Source of the DNA: Eledone cirrhosa
Taxonomy: Eukaryota
Direction: 5' to 3'
NCBI GenBank assembly: GCA_964016885.1
Contig: OZ024741.1
Coordinates: 221,154,001 to 221,218,000, forward strand
DNA: 64,000 bases
Every line of letters begins with the position of its first letter. Within the stretch, counting starts at the first letter, position 1. A program made the translations under genes and the position numbers. The notes beneath the pieces were generated by a model. That model saw only the letters and a list, made by a program, of their open reading frames with translations, was not told the origin of the DNA and made no database searches. Of the stretch, positions 14,440 to 28,806 are shown piece by piece.

Positions 14440-14893
14440 TTGTTGTAATAATATTGCCAGAAATAATAACAGAACACACTCACTGTTTGGTTAGTTTTCG
14501 CTTCTGTATCTTTTCATTTGGTCCTCAATGTTTACCAATGACTAACCAACGGTCAAAAATACAGATATAATAAAGATATAAACACAAATATATAGTCTAA
14601 CAAAGTTCTTTCGTTGCACATCTGCAACATCATCAGTGGTACTATTATGTTCCTCCTGAACTTTGTTAGACTATATATATGTGTTTATATCTATATTATA
14701 TCTGTATTTTTGACCGTTCGTCAGTCAATGGTAAACATTGCGGACCGAATGAAAAGATACAGAAGCGAAAACCAACCAAACAGTGAGTGTGTTCTGTTAT
14801 TATTTCTGGCAATATTATTACAATATGACCCTCCCCAAGTATAACAATATTTGTTTCGACACACGATTTCGTATCAAAATCCTCGCAAAACTA
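14440..14893. mobile_element. Fold-back (inverted) pair of PLE pseudo-LTR fragments, HHR on minus arm 14592-14645
   Basis: Both arms match 45020-45322; the minus arm reads acca-CTGATGA-tgttgcagatgtgcaac-GAAAGAACTT. Confidence 0.8.
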
Positions 14894-15017
14894 ATATATA
14901 TATATATATGCAAAAGTTCTATTTAAATTGTTGGGATAAAAATTGATGTCGTCCAAAAGTAACGGTCGCATTTTGAAAGGGTACGTCAATGTTTATTTAT
15001 AAAACTGGAATATATTG

Positions 15018-15082
15018 TATTTTGTCTGATGAAGGCATACCATAATTTAACTTGGTATCCTTGAAATATGTATAATGAAATA
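15018..15082 (+). ncRNA. Type I HHR motif
   Basis: tattttgt-CTGATGA-aggcATACCA taatttaact TGGTATcctt-GAAAT atgt ATA-atgaaata; homologues at 16887-16950(-), 18531-18580(+), 38708-38772(-) and 61094-61156(-, core mutated). Confidence 0.8.
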
Positions 15083-15121
15083 AATATGGTTTTATAAATA
15101 TAGTTTCCATTTGATAATATC

Positions 15122-15161
<40 letters not shown>

Positions 15162-15570
15162 GGGGCTGTGGAACTGGGAGTGGTGGGGGGCGGTGGTAGG
15201 GGACCATGCTCCAGCCCTTCCCCAATAATTATATTTTTCTCCCCAAACTACCAAAGCATACATCTATTTGTCTATGCGCTACAATTTATGTACATGTAAT
15301 ATATTATGTTAACTTTCATAGTATTATTTTTTTTTTGTCACTATTTGCCAATTGTTAGTATGTGTATTCAGATACATTTTCCATAGGTCATTTTGCTATA
15401 ATTACTATATAACTATTGAAAGCTGTAAATGTAATATGAGACCCACTTGGACTCAAATTGTATTTTCTGACCATTTCAGAGTGCAAAGAGCTAAAGTAAT
15501 CACTACAACTAAATTGACCAAATTAGCCTTCCCCCCCTCTCCCCCTCATTCAGAAATGCTTCCATCGCCC

Positions 15571-15651
<81 letters not shown>

Positions 15652-15686
15652 ATATATATTATATAGACATATATATATATATATAT

Positions 15687-15844
15687 ATATGAAAAAGTGA
15701 GTCCTTCATCAGTGACCCTCCAACCGTCCTCGGCATTTCATCGCTTTAAGAGCGATGAAATGCCGAGGACGGTTGGAGGGTCACTGATGAAGGACTCACT
15801 TTTTCATATGTATCCCATTTGCAACGCCGCAGCTCCATTATTAT

Positions 15845-15848
<4 letters not shown>
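15687..15848. repeat. Perfect palindrome plus tail, 37090 family
   Basis: Arms about 15687-15745 and 15751-15809, flanked by (TA)n. Confidence 0.85.
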
Positions 15849-15904
<56 letters not shown>

Positions 15905-16668
15905 ACTAGAAATTGATTGACATATATATATATATGTCAATCAATTTCTAGCTGATATAAAATGCTCGGATCTATTCAGTGGAATCTTTGAGCTTATTCT
16001 ACAGTGGATATGGCGCATGTCTTGGACATGACTCCTTTAATTTAATTTAACTAAATTTATTTCGGATATATATGCTAGCAGTGTATCCCGGAACATTGGT
16101 AACAGCACCTCCAATGAGAAACGTTTATTTGTGAGTGCCTGTTAAAAACTCACGAAAATATACCGACAGGAAACTTGTTTTATTTGGAGAAAATTAAGAA
16201 GTTGAAAGTACAGTTTAGCTGTCTACGTGCATTGTTCATAAAAATATTGTTGAGCCCCTTCTTTTCATACTCCTTCTGTGACAGTTGTGCCCCGGCGTTT
16301 CCACTCTGTTTTTGGCCTATTGGTGTAAATGTGAAAGAGAAAGTCACAAGTTAAGTTGGCAGAAGGTTCCAGTGTCATAGCAGTAAGGCGTAGGCTACTT
16401 ACTTTCAAAAGTTCATTCGTACTCTTTCCACTAAGTTACTCTCTCTCTCTCTCTATCCCTCTCGGTGCAGTCCCTTGCGAATTTCTCGCGTAGGCCTGGT
16501 GTAGATTTGCACCCGATCCATCTGCCCGAATATATATATAAGTTTATCCCGGGTTCAATCGGGGGTAACCACAGTAAGTAAGGTACTCAATACAAAGCAG
16601 AGTATAAATATTTAATATAGAAAAAGCTTCTACAGGACTAGAACTGTTTCATTCGGGAGAAACAATCA

Positions 16669-16719
16669 GGCTTCCTGATGATTTCTCCCGAATGAAACAG
16701 TTCTAGTCCTGTAGAAGCC
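16669..16719 (+). ncRNA. Type I HHR motif within fold-back element 16541-16727
   Basis: ggcttc-CTGATGA-tTTC tccc GAAt-GAAACAG ttctagtc CTGTA-gaagcc: 6-bp stem I, 4-bp stem III, GUA cleavage triplet. Confidence 0.85.
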
Positions 16720-16721
16720 TT

Positions 16722-16762
<41 letters not shown>

Positions 16763-16842
16763 AAGAGATATTTAATTTGCTGGTAATTCAACAAATGTAT
16801 TTACAGATTCGAGACATTCTACAGGTTTGCTGGAGTATAATA

Positions 16843-19532
16843 TCAATGATATTAATAAATGGAAACTATATTTATAAAACCATATTTATTTTATTATATA
16901 TATTTCAAGGGTACCAAAAAAACTTTGGTACGCACTCATCAGATAAAATACAAAATTTGTTTGATAAATAGTGACATACCCGATAAACCAGACCTTATCG
17001 GTTTAGGTTCCATTTGGATAGTGAAAGAAAAAGAGAAAAATTTAAAATCATTTAGGATGGATATGCAAATGAAGTAGAAGCGTAGACTGAAAAAATCGTT
17101 ATATTTAGACGCTAGGTAAATTTAAATAATTATTAGGATACTTAACAAAAGAAGAAGATGAAGAAGAAGGAAGAAAGATAGGCTAATATTATTATTAGGG
17201 TGCAAGTAGATTTAAAAATTAAAAATTTAAAATGTGGTAGAATACTAATTCAAACATTTTTTAATTCTCTCAAGAATCTGTCATTTGTGTATTGAAGAAA
17301 TTTTTTATTTACTCCCTTGTCAAAATTCTATCAACCTAAACAAAGAAATATTCAGTTCCTGCAGACATCGCCAAAAAATGACTTTCCGAAGTATTTATAA
17401 TCTATAGTATATAATTCACTTATTCACTATACTATTCTTCTGTCAATGTTTAGTTGTGATTTTTAAATGATATTTTTCTTTTTCTTTTTAAGTTTTCTTA
17501 ATTGATTTCCTTTATATTTTTATATTTTTTAATTGATATTTCTTAATTCATATTTTGAAATATATCCTTTTTCTTGATAGTTTTCTAAATCCCCTCATGA
17601 GGTCTCTAAAAATATTTTCCTTCTTAATTGACTATATAGGTAATATCTAGATACATATATAAAAGAAATTCTCGTCTTTGAAAACATGTAATATAAAATA
17701 CCTTATAATCATACATAAAATAATATATAAAATTTTCTCCACATACATTTTAAGTAAATTATAAAATCTAACGTAAATAGTGTAACTAATAAACACTGGA
17801 GTTATCTTTTCCTTTTCTTTTTCCTTTATAATCTAACACGCATAAAGCATCTTCTCTTCTTAACAACATAAATATAATTTTCGTTGACTTAATGTTTTCT
17901 ATCTTGATTGAACTATTTGAAGGTACAAAAGGTTCTTCTATAATAACATTCGAACTACGTCTTTTTCTTAACTATATATTGAAAATGTAAACATATCCTT
18001 CGTAACCCTTAAATTATATTTGAATTAATAATAGCATGTATAATCACCAATAATATTTATATTTTTATCTATTTATATAAATATGTATATAATAACTGGT
18101 TGTGATATAATAAGCTAAAGTGTAGTTACAACCTTAATTCCTTAAAATATAATTATATACATTATATGTATAATATTATAACTCATGATTTAGTTATATA
18201 TTTTTAGATTTTTTAATTTGGGGATTAGTATTCTACCACTACAACACATTTTTAATTTTAAAATTTTAAATCTACTTGCACCCTAATAATAATATTAGCC
18301 TATCTTTCTTCCTTCTTCTTCATCTTCTTCTTTTGTAAAGTATCCTAATAATTATTTACATTTACCTAGCGTCTAAATATAACGATTTTTTCAGTCTACG
18401 CTTTTACTTCATTTGCATATCCATCCTAAATAATTTGAAATTTTTCTTTTTTTCTTTCACTATCCAAATGGAACCTGAACCGATAAGGTCTGGTTTATCG
18501 GGTATGTCACTATTTATAAAACAAATTTTGTATTTTATCTGATGAGAGCGTACCAAAGTTTTTTTGGTACCCTTGAAATATCTATATATATAAAACTGAG
18601 GACGTCTGTCTGTGTGTGTGTGAGTTTGAATCTCTAAAACTCGAGAAACACCCAACCTACTCTTTTCAAACTTTACACATGTAATACTTATGTTCCAGAG
18701 AGTGTTCTGGGCAAAAATAATTTCAAATTTTCAATGCGCTAGGGTTCTTTTTAGGCGATTTAGCGATCTCTCTCTATATATATAATTCTTAGTCTTTCTC
18801 TTTTTAGATACATACATATAACGTTGCGCCCTTATAATATCTGTCTGTATGTCTGGCTGTCTGCATTACGTCACTTCCTGAAGATGTCTGTCTGTGTTGT
18901 GTGTGTGTGTGTGTCTGTGAGTTTGAATCCCTAAAACTCGAGAAGTACCCAACCGATTTTTTTCAAACTTTACATGTGTATTACTTATGTTTCAGGGAGT
19001 GTTATGCACATAAAATCCAACTTTTTGATCCCCTAGGGCCCGCATTAGGTGAAAAACTGCGTTTTTTTAAGCTTTTTATGGGTCTTTTGAAGCGTTCCGT
19101 CAGACCGATTGACTTGAAATTGTAACTATGTATTAGTCAGTCTCTTCTTCATACCGTGAGCAAAGATAATTCAACTTTTTTTATGGCCTAGGTGAAAAAC
19201 CTCATTTTTTCCGCTTCTTAGCCGATTTTCCTGAAATTTCAAGGCATATTATGCACATAAAAAAATCATTTTCTTGATCCCTAGGGCCCGCATTAGGTGA
19301 AAACCTGCATTTTTCCTGCTTCATCGAGGAAAATCTTAAAGATTATCCAGCCATCAGAGTATTCGGTTTATTTTCTTTACATATTTTCCAGGCATACAGT
19401 TTTTCCACGATTAGGTCTGCTGGCGGCTCGCGTTCCAAAATTACCTTATCCCGTGCAACGCCGGGTACCATTGCTAGTATATAATAAAATAAATATGGTT
19501 TTATAAATATAGTTTCCATTTATTAATATCAT

Positions 19533-19536
<4 letters not shown>
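16843..19536. mobile_element. Large tail-out inverted HHR element (arms about 16843-17250 and 18225-18580 plus 19478-19536) interrupted by a Helitron
   Basis: Arms are reverse complements with a few percent divergence; HHR lies near each outer end; a further copy at 61060-62110 is broken by SINEs. Confidence 0.82.
18581..19477 (+). mobile_element. Non-autonomous Helitron-like element
   Basis: 5' TC(TATATATATAAAA..GTCTGTCTGTGTG), 3' hairpin cccgtgcaacgccggg then CTAG; inserted between A and T with no TSD; host sequence resumes exactly at 19478. Confidence 0.85.
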
Positions 19537-19614
<78 letters not shown>

Positions 19615-19620
<6 letters not shown>

Positions 19621-20000
19621 GTGTCTATGATTGTGTATAGAAGATTATATTAAAATTCCAACTTTCTCTGATTTACTCGTTTTATTTATAATCCTTTAAA
19701 TTTATAATGATATTATAATGAAATAGTATGGTAGAATATTAAATGTTAATTGAATAAGTACTTTCATGCTTTCGCAATCTTCAGGTTCATATTCAGTGGA
19801 GAGTCAAGTTTGCAATTTTCGACTGTAATGAGATGGCTAAAATGTGTGCCTTATATACAGTAACAAGGGGCTACAGAATGCTAAGTTTTGCAATTAACAT
19901 TTAATATTCTACCATACTATTTCCTTATAATATCATTATAATTTTAAAGGATTGTGAATAAAACGAGTAAATCAGATAAAGTTGGAATTCCTTTTATTAA
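19615..20000. mobile_element. Inverted-repeat element with HHR at 19751-19790(-); related palindrome at 12914-13045
   Basis: Arms about 19653-19751 and 19891-19990; minus strand tgaac-CTGAAGA-tTGC gaaa GCAt-GAAAG ta CTT-attca. Confidence 0.72.
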
Positions 20001-20043
20001 TTTATATATATAGAGATAGATACATATATATATATATCTATCT

Positions 20044-20131
<88 letters not shown>

Positions 20132-20534
20132 GATCCCGTTGAGGGTGAAAGCAGCGATTCTTTGCTTAAACTTTAATCTGTTATTTTTATATATATATAT
20201 ATATATCTTCCCCCTGCCACACACTCTATATATATTTTAGATGGGTAGATAGATAGATATAAAGACAGATATATTAATAGATAGGCAGAATGAGAGATAA
20301 ATAGATAGAGAAAACGACAGATAAATAGCTGTTCGTCTGTCTTGTTTATCTATCGGCTTTATGTGTACCTATATATCGATCTAAGTCAGTTGAAATCCAT
20401 ACGCAGTTAATAGATATATACCTGTGTGTGAGTATATTATATATATATATATATGTATATATATATCAAGACGTATGTTTAACTGCCATGCACTAAAGTC
20501 TGTTTGCATATATATATATATATATAATATATAT

Positions 20535-20625
<91 letters not shown>

Positions 20626-20692
20626 CCTAAAAAATATATACACACTTTGAGTTATCTTCTGGTGACGTGTGTATACATTTTGGGGGGACACC

Positions 20693-20745
<53 letters not shown>

Positions 20746-20785
20746 TACATTATATTATATTATATCTATCTATCTCTATATATAC

Positions 20786-20863
<78 letters not shown>

Positions 20864-21008
20864 ATTTATATATATATATATATATTTATATATATGTATG
20901 TATATATATATAAATAGACAGATATAATATAATATAATTGTTTCTACTTTTGGCACAAGGCCAGCAATTATCCAGTGCATTACTGGTACTTTATTTTAAT
21001 ATAATATA

Positions 21009-21123
<115 letters not shown>

Positions 21124-21231
21124 TGTAATAAACAACATAAGATGTTATGTCTGTCTTCAGTCTTCAGAATGAATAAATAACATTCTGACGACTGAAGACA
21201 GACATAACATACATCATTTACACACACACAC

Positions 21232-21296
<65 letters not shown>

Positions 21297-21299
<3 letters not shown>

Positions 21300-21562
21300 C
21301 GAAGGAAATGTGGTAAGGAACCAGGTGGACCATAACGCACCAAAGTACTCAATACTTAGGGTAGTAGAGTGGGTAATAGGAACAAGTAAGACCCCGACGG
21401 CTGAGCTCAAGCCGTTTCGACGGCTAATTCTGGACTGAATGAAAATTTATTCTGGTATTTAAGTAGCCGAGCTATTTAAATACCAGAATAAATTTTCATT
21501 CAGTCCAGAATTAGCCGTCGAAACGGCTTGAGCTCAGCCGTCGGGGTCTTACTTGTTCCTAT
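21297..21562. mobile_element. Fold-back fragment of the 30623 family in (TA)n
   Basis: Palindrome about 21376-21562 with apex near 21469; left tail 21297-21375. Confidence 0.82.
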
Positions 21563-21582
21563 ATATATATATATATATATAT

Positions 21583-21777
21583 AGGTTTTAATATAGATGA
21601 GATTCTACAGGACTAGAACTGTTTCATTCTTTAGAAATCATCAGGAATCCCTGATGATTTCTAAAGAATGAAACAGTTCTAGTCCTGTAGAATCTCATCT
21701 ATATTAAAACTTTTATACTCTGCTATGTATTGAGTACCTTACTTACTGTGGTTACCTCTGATTCAACCCGGAATAAC

Positions 21778-21778
<1 letters not shown>
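21583..21778. mobile_element. Fold-back element with head-to-head HHRs (same family as 16541 and 24591-24730)
   Basis: Minus 21601-21649: gattc-CTGATGA-tttctaaagaat-GAAACAG..CTGTA-gaatc; the plus arm runs on to the tail ..ccggaataac plus (TA)n. Confidence 0.85.
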
Positions 21779-21836
<58 letters not shown>

Positions 21837-22059
21837 TATATTATATTATATTATACCTATTTATCTATATATATATATATATATATATATACTGAGAGGG
21901 AGGGGAAGGTATATAAGAAGGTTTAAGTGTAGGTAGATATAGATAGATAGATAGATAGATATAGTGTCACGTGAATTGAGGAGGTTATCGACGTGACGGC
22001 TGTGCTGAGAGTTACGGTATCTGCTGAAGATTTAACTAGAAAATCGATAATAGCTGTTG

Positions 22060-23120
22060 TTAGTTGAAAATGCCCCCCCCCCCCCTGTTAAATAATGGAC
22101 TGGTCAAGGTCTGTGTAGGAAAGTAATAGAGATGATGTCGTTGATTGAAAATGGGAAATCTCCCTTGTTAAATAATGGACTGGTCAAGGTCTGTGTAGGA
22201 AAGTAATAGAGATGATGTCGTTGATTGAAAATGGGAAATCTCCCTTGTTAAATAATGGACTGGTCAAGGTCAGTGTAGGAAAGTAATAGAGATGATGTCG
22301 TTGATTGAAAATGGGAAATCTCCCTTGTTAAATAATGGACTGGTCAAGGTCAGTGTAGGAAAGTAATAGAGATGATGTCGTTGATTGAAAATGGGAAATC
22401 TCCCTTGTTAAATAATGGACTGGTCAAGGTCAGTGTAGGAAAGTAATAGAGATGATGTCGTTGATTGAAAATGGGAAATCTCCCTTGTTAAATAATGGAC
22501 TGGTCAAGGTCAGTGTAGGAAAGTAATAGAGATGATGTCGTTGATTGAAAATGGGAAATCTCCCTTGTTAAATAATGGACTGGTCAAGGTCAGTGTAGGA
22601 AAGTAATAGAGATGATGTCGTTGATTGAAAATGGGAAATCTCCCTTGTTAAATAATGGACTGGTCAAGGTCAGTGTAGGAAAGTAATAGAGATGATGTCG
22701 TTGATTGAAAATGGGAAATCTCCCTTGTTAAATAATGGACTGGTCAAGGTCAGTGTAGGAAAGTAATAGAGATGATGTCGTTGATTGAAAATGGGAAATC
22801 TCCCTTGTTAAATAATGGACTGGTCAAGGTCAGTGTAGGAAAGTAATAGAGATGATGTCGTTGATTGAAAATGGGAAACCCCCCTTGTTAAATAATGGAC
22901 TGGTCAACGTCAGTGTAGGAAAGTAATAGAGATGATGTCGTTGATTGAAAATGGGAAACCCCCCTTGTTAAATAATGGACTGGTCAAGGTCAGTGTAGGA
23001 AAGTAATAGAGATGATGTCGTTGATTGAAAATAAATGGGAAACCCCCCTTGTTAAATAGTGGACCCGTCCAGGTTTGTTGTAGGAAAGTAATAGAGATAC
23101 TGTTGTTGGCTGAAAATGGA
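22060..23120 (+). repeat. 80-bp minisatellite, 13 near-identical units
   Basis: AATAATGGAC at 22091, 22171 and every 80 bp to 22971, then a degenerate unit near 23056. Confidence 0.95.
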
Positions 23121-23563
23121 GGGGGGGGGGGGCTTTAGAAATACCTTATAGAAATGCATGCACACACCTACGCACATATATACACACATACATACCCATA
23201 CACACACATACTCGCACACACACTTACATACACATACTTATGTACACAGACACTCAGATACTCATGGACATAGACACACTCACACACATATTCATACTGT
23301 CACACATATACACTCATACAGAGACACACACGAACTCATATACACAGGCACACTCAAACTCACACACACATACTCATACACAGTCACACGCACACACACA
23401 CACACCTATATATAAATATTTTTTAAAACTTTATTTGTTTTAGTCATTAGAGTCCGGTCACCGCCTTCATTTAGTATAATCGAAACATAATTCATAATTT
23501 TAAAAATGTTGGGATCTATTTTATCGATCCCAAAATGTAATTGTAAAACCAGTGGACATCTTG

Positions 23564-23710
23564 TGAAGGTGCATGGCTTAGGGGTTAGAGCATTGGGCTT
23601 GCAATCGAAAGGTTGTGAGTTCAATTCTCGGACCGGGTATGTGTTGTTTCCTTGAGCAAGACACTTTATTTCACGTTGCTCCAGTTTACTCAGCTGTAGA
23701 AATGAGATGA
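23564..23710 (+). mobile_element. tRNA-derived SINE family 2 (other copies 26055-26183 minus, 7614-7700 minus, 34100-34270 minus)
   Basis: TGGCTTAGGGG A-box, GTTCAATTC B-box, CCTTGAGCAAGACACTTTATTTCAC body. Confidence 0.8.
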
Positions 23711-24148
23711 TAGGGACTGGGGTCCCTATCATTAAATTACCCAAGACACCTCCAACGAGATATACCTTGGAGGAGGCCAGCTAAACCTGCATAGGTGTGA
23801 GCTGGCACACACACACAGTGGATGTCTTATACGAAGGCCAATAAATATGGTATATATGACGAGTTTCTACAGTTTCTGTCAACCAACTTCAACTCACATG
23901 TCAACTCACATCAACTTCAACTCACATCACCCGAGGCTATAGTAGTAGGGATTTACCGAAGGTCCCACAATGTGAGATTGAACCCACACCCATATATATA
24001 CATATAAAACGTAGAAATATCCTAGACCCCCAGTAGACAACTGATGAGAAACTCCCCCCCCCCCCTGTTCATGCTTTCTTCGTATTCCCACTGCATTTTA
24101 AGTTACCTTAAATAGCAACTACACAGCCATTTCTATTCTCCATATATT

Positions 24149-24227
<79 letters not shown>

Positions 24228-24590
24228 AGCGAAATCTCTCCACACTTACTGATCCCCAAATGACACGGGAGTGCTGTTTTTCTTTATCTCGGGTTGGCGC
24301 CTGCGGTCTGGAGAAACTGGCCAGCTTGGGGCTAAATGAGATAAAATTGCCTTAAAGCAATTCCACTCGTTTCTCCGAAGAGAAGGACGTCACTTCGAAT
24401 TTCCCAAGCAGTAGAGAGATGTTGTGTTCAGCCAAATACTCCAACTCTTCCGACAGGGTTGGGCTACTTGGATAAAGGTTAGTTCAATGCATCTGGTGAG
24501 ACTTACTAAATTCATGCAAACTAACCACACAAACATAATACACAATTCGCTTGGTTCTTTGCTGTTTTCTATATTCAAAAGGATATATAT

Positions 24591-24730
24591 ATCAGGGCTT
24601 CCTGATGATTTCTCCCGAATGAAAGAGTCCTAGTCCTGTAGAAGCCTTTTCTATATTAAATATTTATACTCTGCTTTGTATTGAGTACCTTACTTACTGT
24701 GGTTATCCCCGATTGAACCCGGAATAACTT
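24591..24730 (+). mobile_element. Single-arm copy of the 16541 family, HHR stem III mutated
   Basis: ggcttc-CTGATGA-tttctcccgaat-GAAAGAG..CTGTA-gaagcc followed by the same 3' tail. Confidence 0.8.
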
Positions 24731-25156
24731 ATCTTATATATATATAGGTCCAATTTTATGGCACGATTGGACACCTTGATTCTGCCATTGAATTACGTTA
24801 TGGGTACACGTGTCTGTGGAATACTCAAGTACTTATATTTTAATTCAATAGTTTGACATATATTTAATAGGAAGACTGAATGTTCATCGTCGACAGTGAA
24901 GAAGGATCAATGACCACCATTAAAAATTAAAAGTAACAAGTAGCCTAATTAAAAAGATATCGTGCAGTCCTGTAATCCGGTAAATTGTTGGCCGACCTTG
25001 ACAACCTTGTTGCTATGCTATCACAATGTGGTTTTATATTTCTTCAGTTTCCTAGCTGTCAGCCAACACCGGACTTTTACCAACTGAGGCCCTTCTCTAA
25101 AAATATTCCCTAAATATATATATTAATGTTAATGATAAAGAATATAATATAATATA

Positions 25157-25556
25157 ATTGTTTCTACTTTTGGCACAAGGCCAGCAATTACCCCAGTGTA
25201 TTACTGGTACTTTACTTTATCGTCCCCGTAGGGATGAAAGGCAAAGTTAACCTCGACGGGATTTGTATTCATACCATAAAGGGCCGTAACTCTTTGCTGC
25301 AAAGCATGGCGTCCGACCCTCCACCGATACTGCCAATCCACCGCCCTATAATATAATTTAATATAATATAATATAATTGTTTCTACTTTTTGGCACAAGG
25401 CCTGCAATTATCCCAGTGTATTACTGGTACTTTATTTTATCGACCCCGTAAGGATGAAAGGCAAAGTCAACCTCGGCGGGATTTGAACTCAGACTGTAAA
25501 GGGATGTAACTATGCTAGAAAGCATGGCGTCCGACCCTCTACCGATACTGCCAATT
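25157..25556 (-). mobile_element. Two tandem SINE family 1 copies in an (AATAT)n tract
   Basis: 25157-25346 and 25376-25556. Confidence 0.85.
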
Positions 25557-26543
25557 CAATTCAATAATATAATATAATATAATATTATATTATAAATAGG
25601 GGTAAAGACCCCGTTCGGTCACGAATGACCATGTGATTTGCACCGAGTAAGCTCCCCCTCCGAAGCACTAGTCCGATACCTTGAACACCTTTTTCTTCTC
25701 TCTTTCATCTAAGCCTGAACCTAATAACATTAATTGCTCTCTATCTCTATGTTTGCCTGTTTTATATATATATATATATATTTCGTTTCTGAATTTGTTT
25801 AGTAAGATTCTTGATCTGAAAACGTGTGTTGAAACCGATATTGTTATACTTTGGGAGGGTCATGTTGCCAATAAGAAACACACGCACCAGTTACATTCAC
25901 TTCAATTTATTATATATTAAAACAATTTTTATAAATTTCCGGGTGGTTGGTTAGGCTACTTTTTAGGAACGATCGACTTTCGTCAAATCGGACCGAGGGA
26001 ACAATGTTTCCGTTGGTCTTTCCAATTGCTAATACTATCTATCGGTCGCAACTCCAGGTAGAAGGAGCAACGTGAAATAAAGTGTCTTGCTCAAGGACAT
26101 AACGCATCGCCTGGTCCAGGAATCGAACTCACAACCTTACGATTGCGAATCCAATTCTCTAACCACTCAGCCACACGCCTTCAATGCTACTTGTTACTTT
26201 TAATTTTTAATGTTCATTGATCCTTCTTCACTGTCGACGATGAACATTCAGTCTTTTTATTTATTTTTTCAAAAAATTTATAAATTTCTGGTTGGTTGGT
26301 TAGGCTACTTGTTACTTTTAATTTTTAATGGTGGTCATTGATCCTTCTTCACTGTCGACGATGAACATTCAGTCTTCCTATTAAATATATGTCAAACTAT
26401 TGAATTAAAATATAAGTAGCTGAGTATTCCACAGACACGTGTACCCATAACGTATAATAGAAAAACGAGGAAGTTTTGTTTACATATTAAAAATATTTAT
26501 GGTGTATCGATCTGTTATGCGTGTTCCGCGCAATATATATATA

Positions 26544-27497
26544 TCTAATATATATTTGTGAAATGGATGGTGGTTGAAATTCAGTTGTGCACGGTTAAAT
26601 GGTAGTAGACGTGGTCGGATGGACATGAAAATATTCACACCTATGTAAAAAGTGCCAAGGAAGCAAATAGACGAGGTTTCAAATATCTAACTTGAAAAAT
26701 GTGGTCCCTAGGGCCCCCAAACGGTCTATTTACTATCGCTTCCGGTGAGTTATTTCCCCCTGTTCTAAATACTTGGATGAGTTATTTTCCGTAGTCGCTT
26801 TCAATATTCATTGTCTTATTTACAATTTCATACAAATTTTTAAACTCATCAATTTTTTCATAACTTATTAAACACAACGTTCTTTCGCTGTTTTTGAAAA
26901 ATATTATTGAAAGTTTATTATAAAGAAGCAGTTTCAGGGGAAAAAAATAGAAATATGCACTTGGGGATGGACGGCGTACAATGAGAAGTAGAGTGACGTG
27001 AAAAGCGTTGTTTATTAACAGCTAAATAGCAATGTCGATGATATGCAAGTTTGAAAGTGCAGATTATGAAGGTTTGTTTGATAGTTTACACTTTGATTGC
27101 CCTGGTCAGCAAGAGGGGCCTCTATATATTAGACGTTAACGATAATACAGTACCGTTTTATGAAATCGATTCTGCAGTAGAATTTTACGAAATGCCAAAC
27201 CGAAAAAGGTCATTGTTTTCTAACAAAAGAAATAAAACCCTTACATTGCGAACCCTCTGTTCTAATACTGGGGTTAGTTATTTCCCCCTCTTCTAATAAA
27301 CGTCTAATATATAGAGGCCCTTCTTGCTGACCAGGGCAATCAAAGTGCTCCACTTCTCATTGTACGCCGTCCAGCCCCAAGTGCATATTTCTATTTTTTT
27401 CCTGAAACCGCTTCTTTATAATAAACTTTCAATAATATTTTTAAAATTATTAGCTTTAAAAAAAGTGGCCCCGGGTGCAACCCGGCTCAGCTGTTAG
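26544..27497 (+). mobile_element. Helitron-like element with an internal inverted duplication
   Basis: 5' TCTAATATATA; 3' hairpin ccgggtgcaacccgg then (C>T)TAG|T; internal inverted arms about 26895-27140 and 27298-27445. Confidence 0.6.
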
Positions 27498-27743
27498 TAT
27501 ATATATATAAGAAAAATGGAGTGCTGCGTGGTTGTACATGGGTTACATATGAATAAAATTAGTCCTTCATCAGTGATCTTCCAAGCTTCATTGGTATTTC
27601 ATCGCTTTAAAAATCCTATACCTCTGGTTGGTGCGAGCAGTAACTAAATAAAGTTATTGGGACAAGTAAAATAGGGTGAAGCGAGCGAGACATGTAAACA
27701 AATATATATATATATTTAATGCTAGTATATATATATATATATA

Positions 27744-28800
<1,057 letters not shown>

Positions 28801-28806
<6 letters not shown>

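Noticed and set aside
16859-17077. Recurrent small ORF (..NSDIPDKPDLIG..RMDMQMK, also 18404 and 60975)
   Set aside because: Antisense to the HHR strand of a repeated element; N-termini differ by frameshifts; recurrence reflects repeat copy number.
21140-21210. CTGACGA/CTGAAGA-ctg aaga cag as a hammerhead
   Set aside because: No GAAA after the hairpin; kept only as a palindrome.
22060-23120. CRISPR, snoRNA or retrozyme array
   Set aside because: Pure tandem repeat without spacers; no complete C/D box pair or HHR core on either strand.
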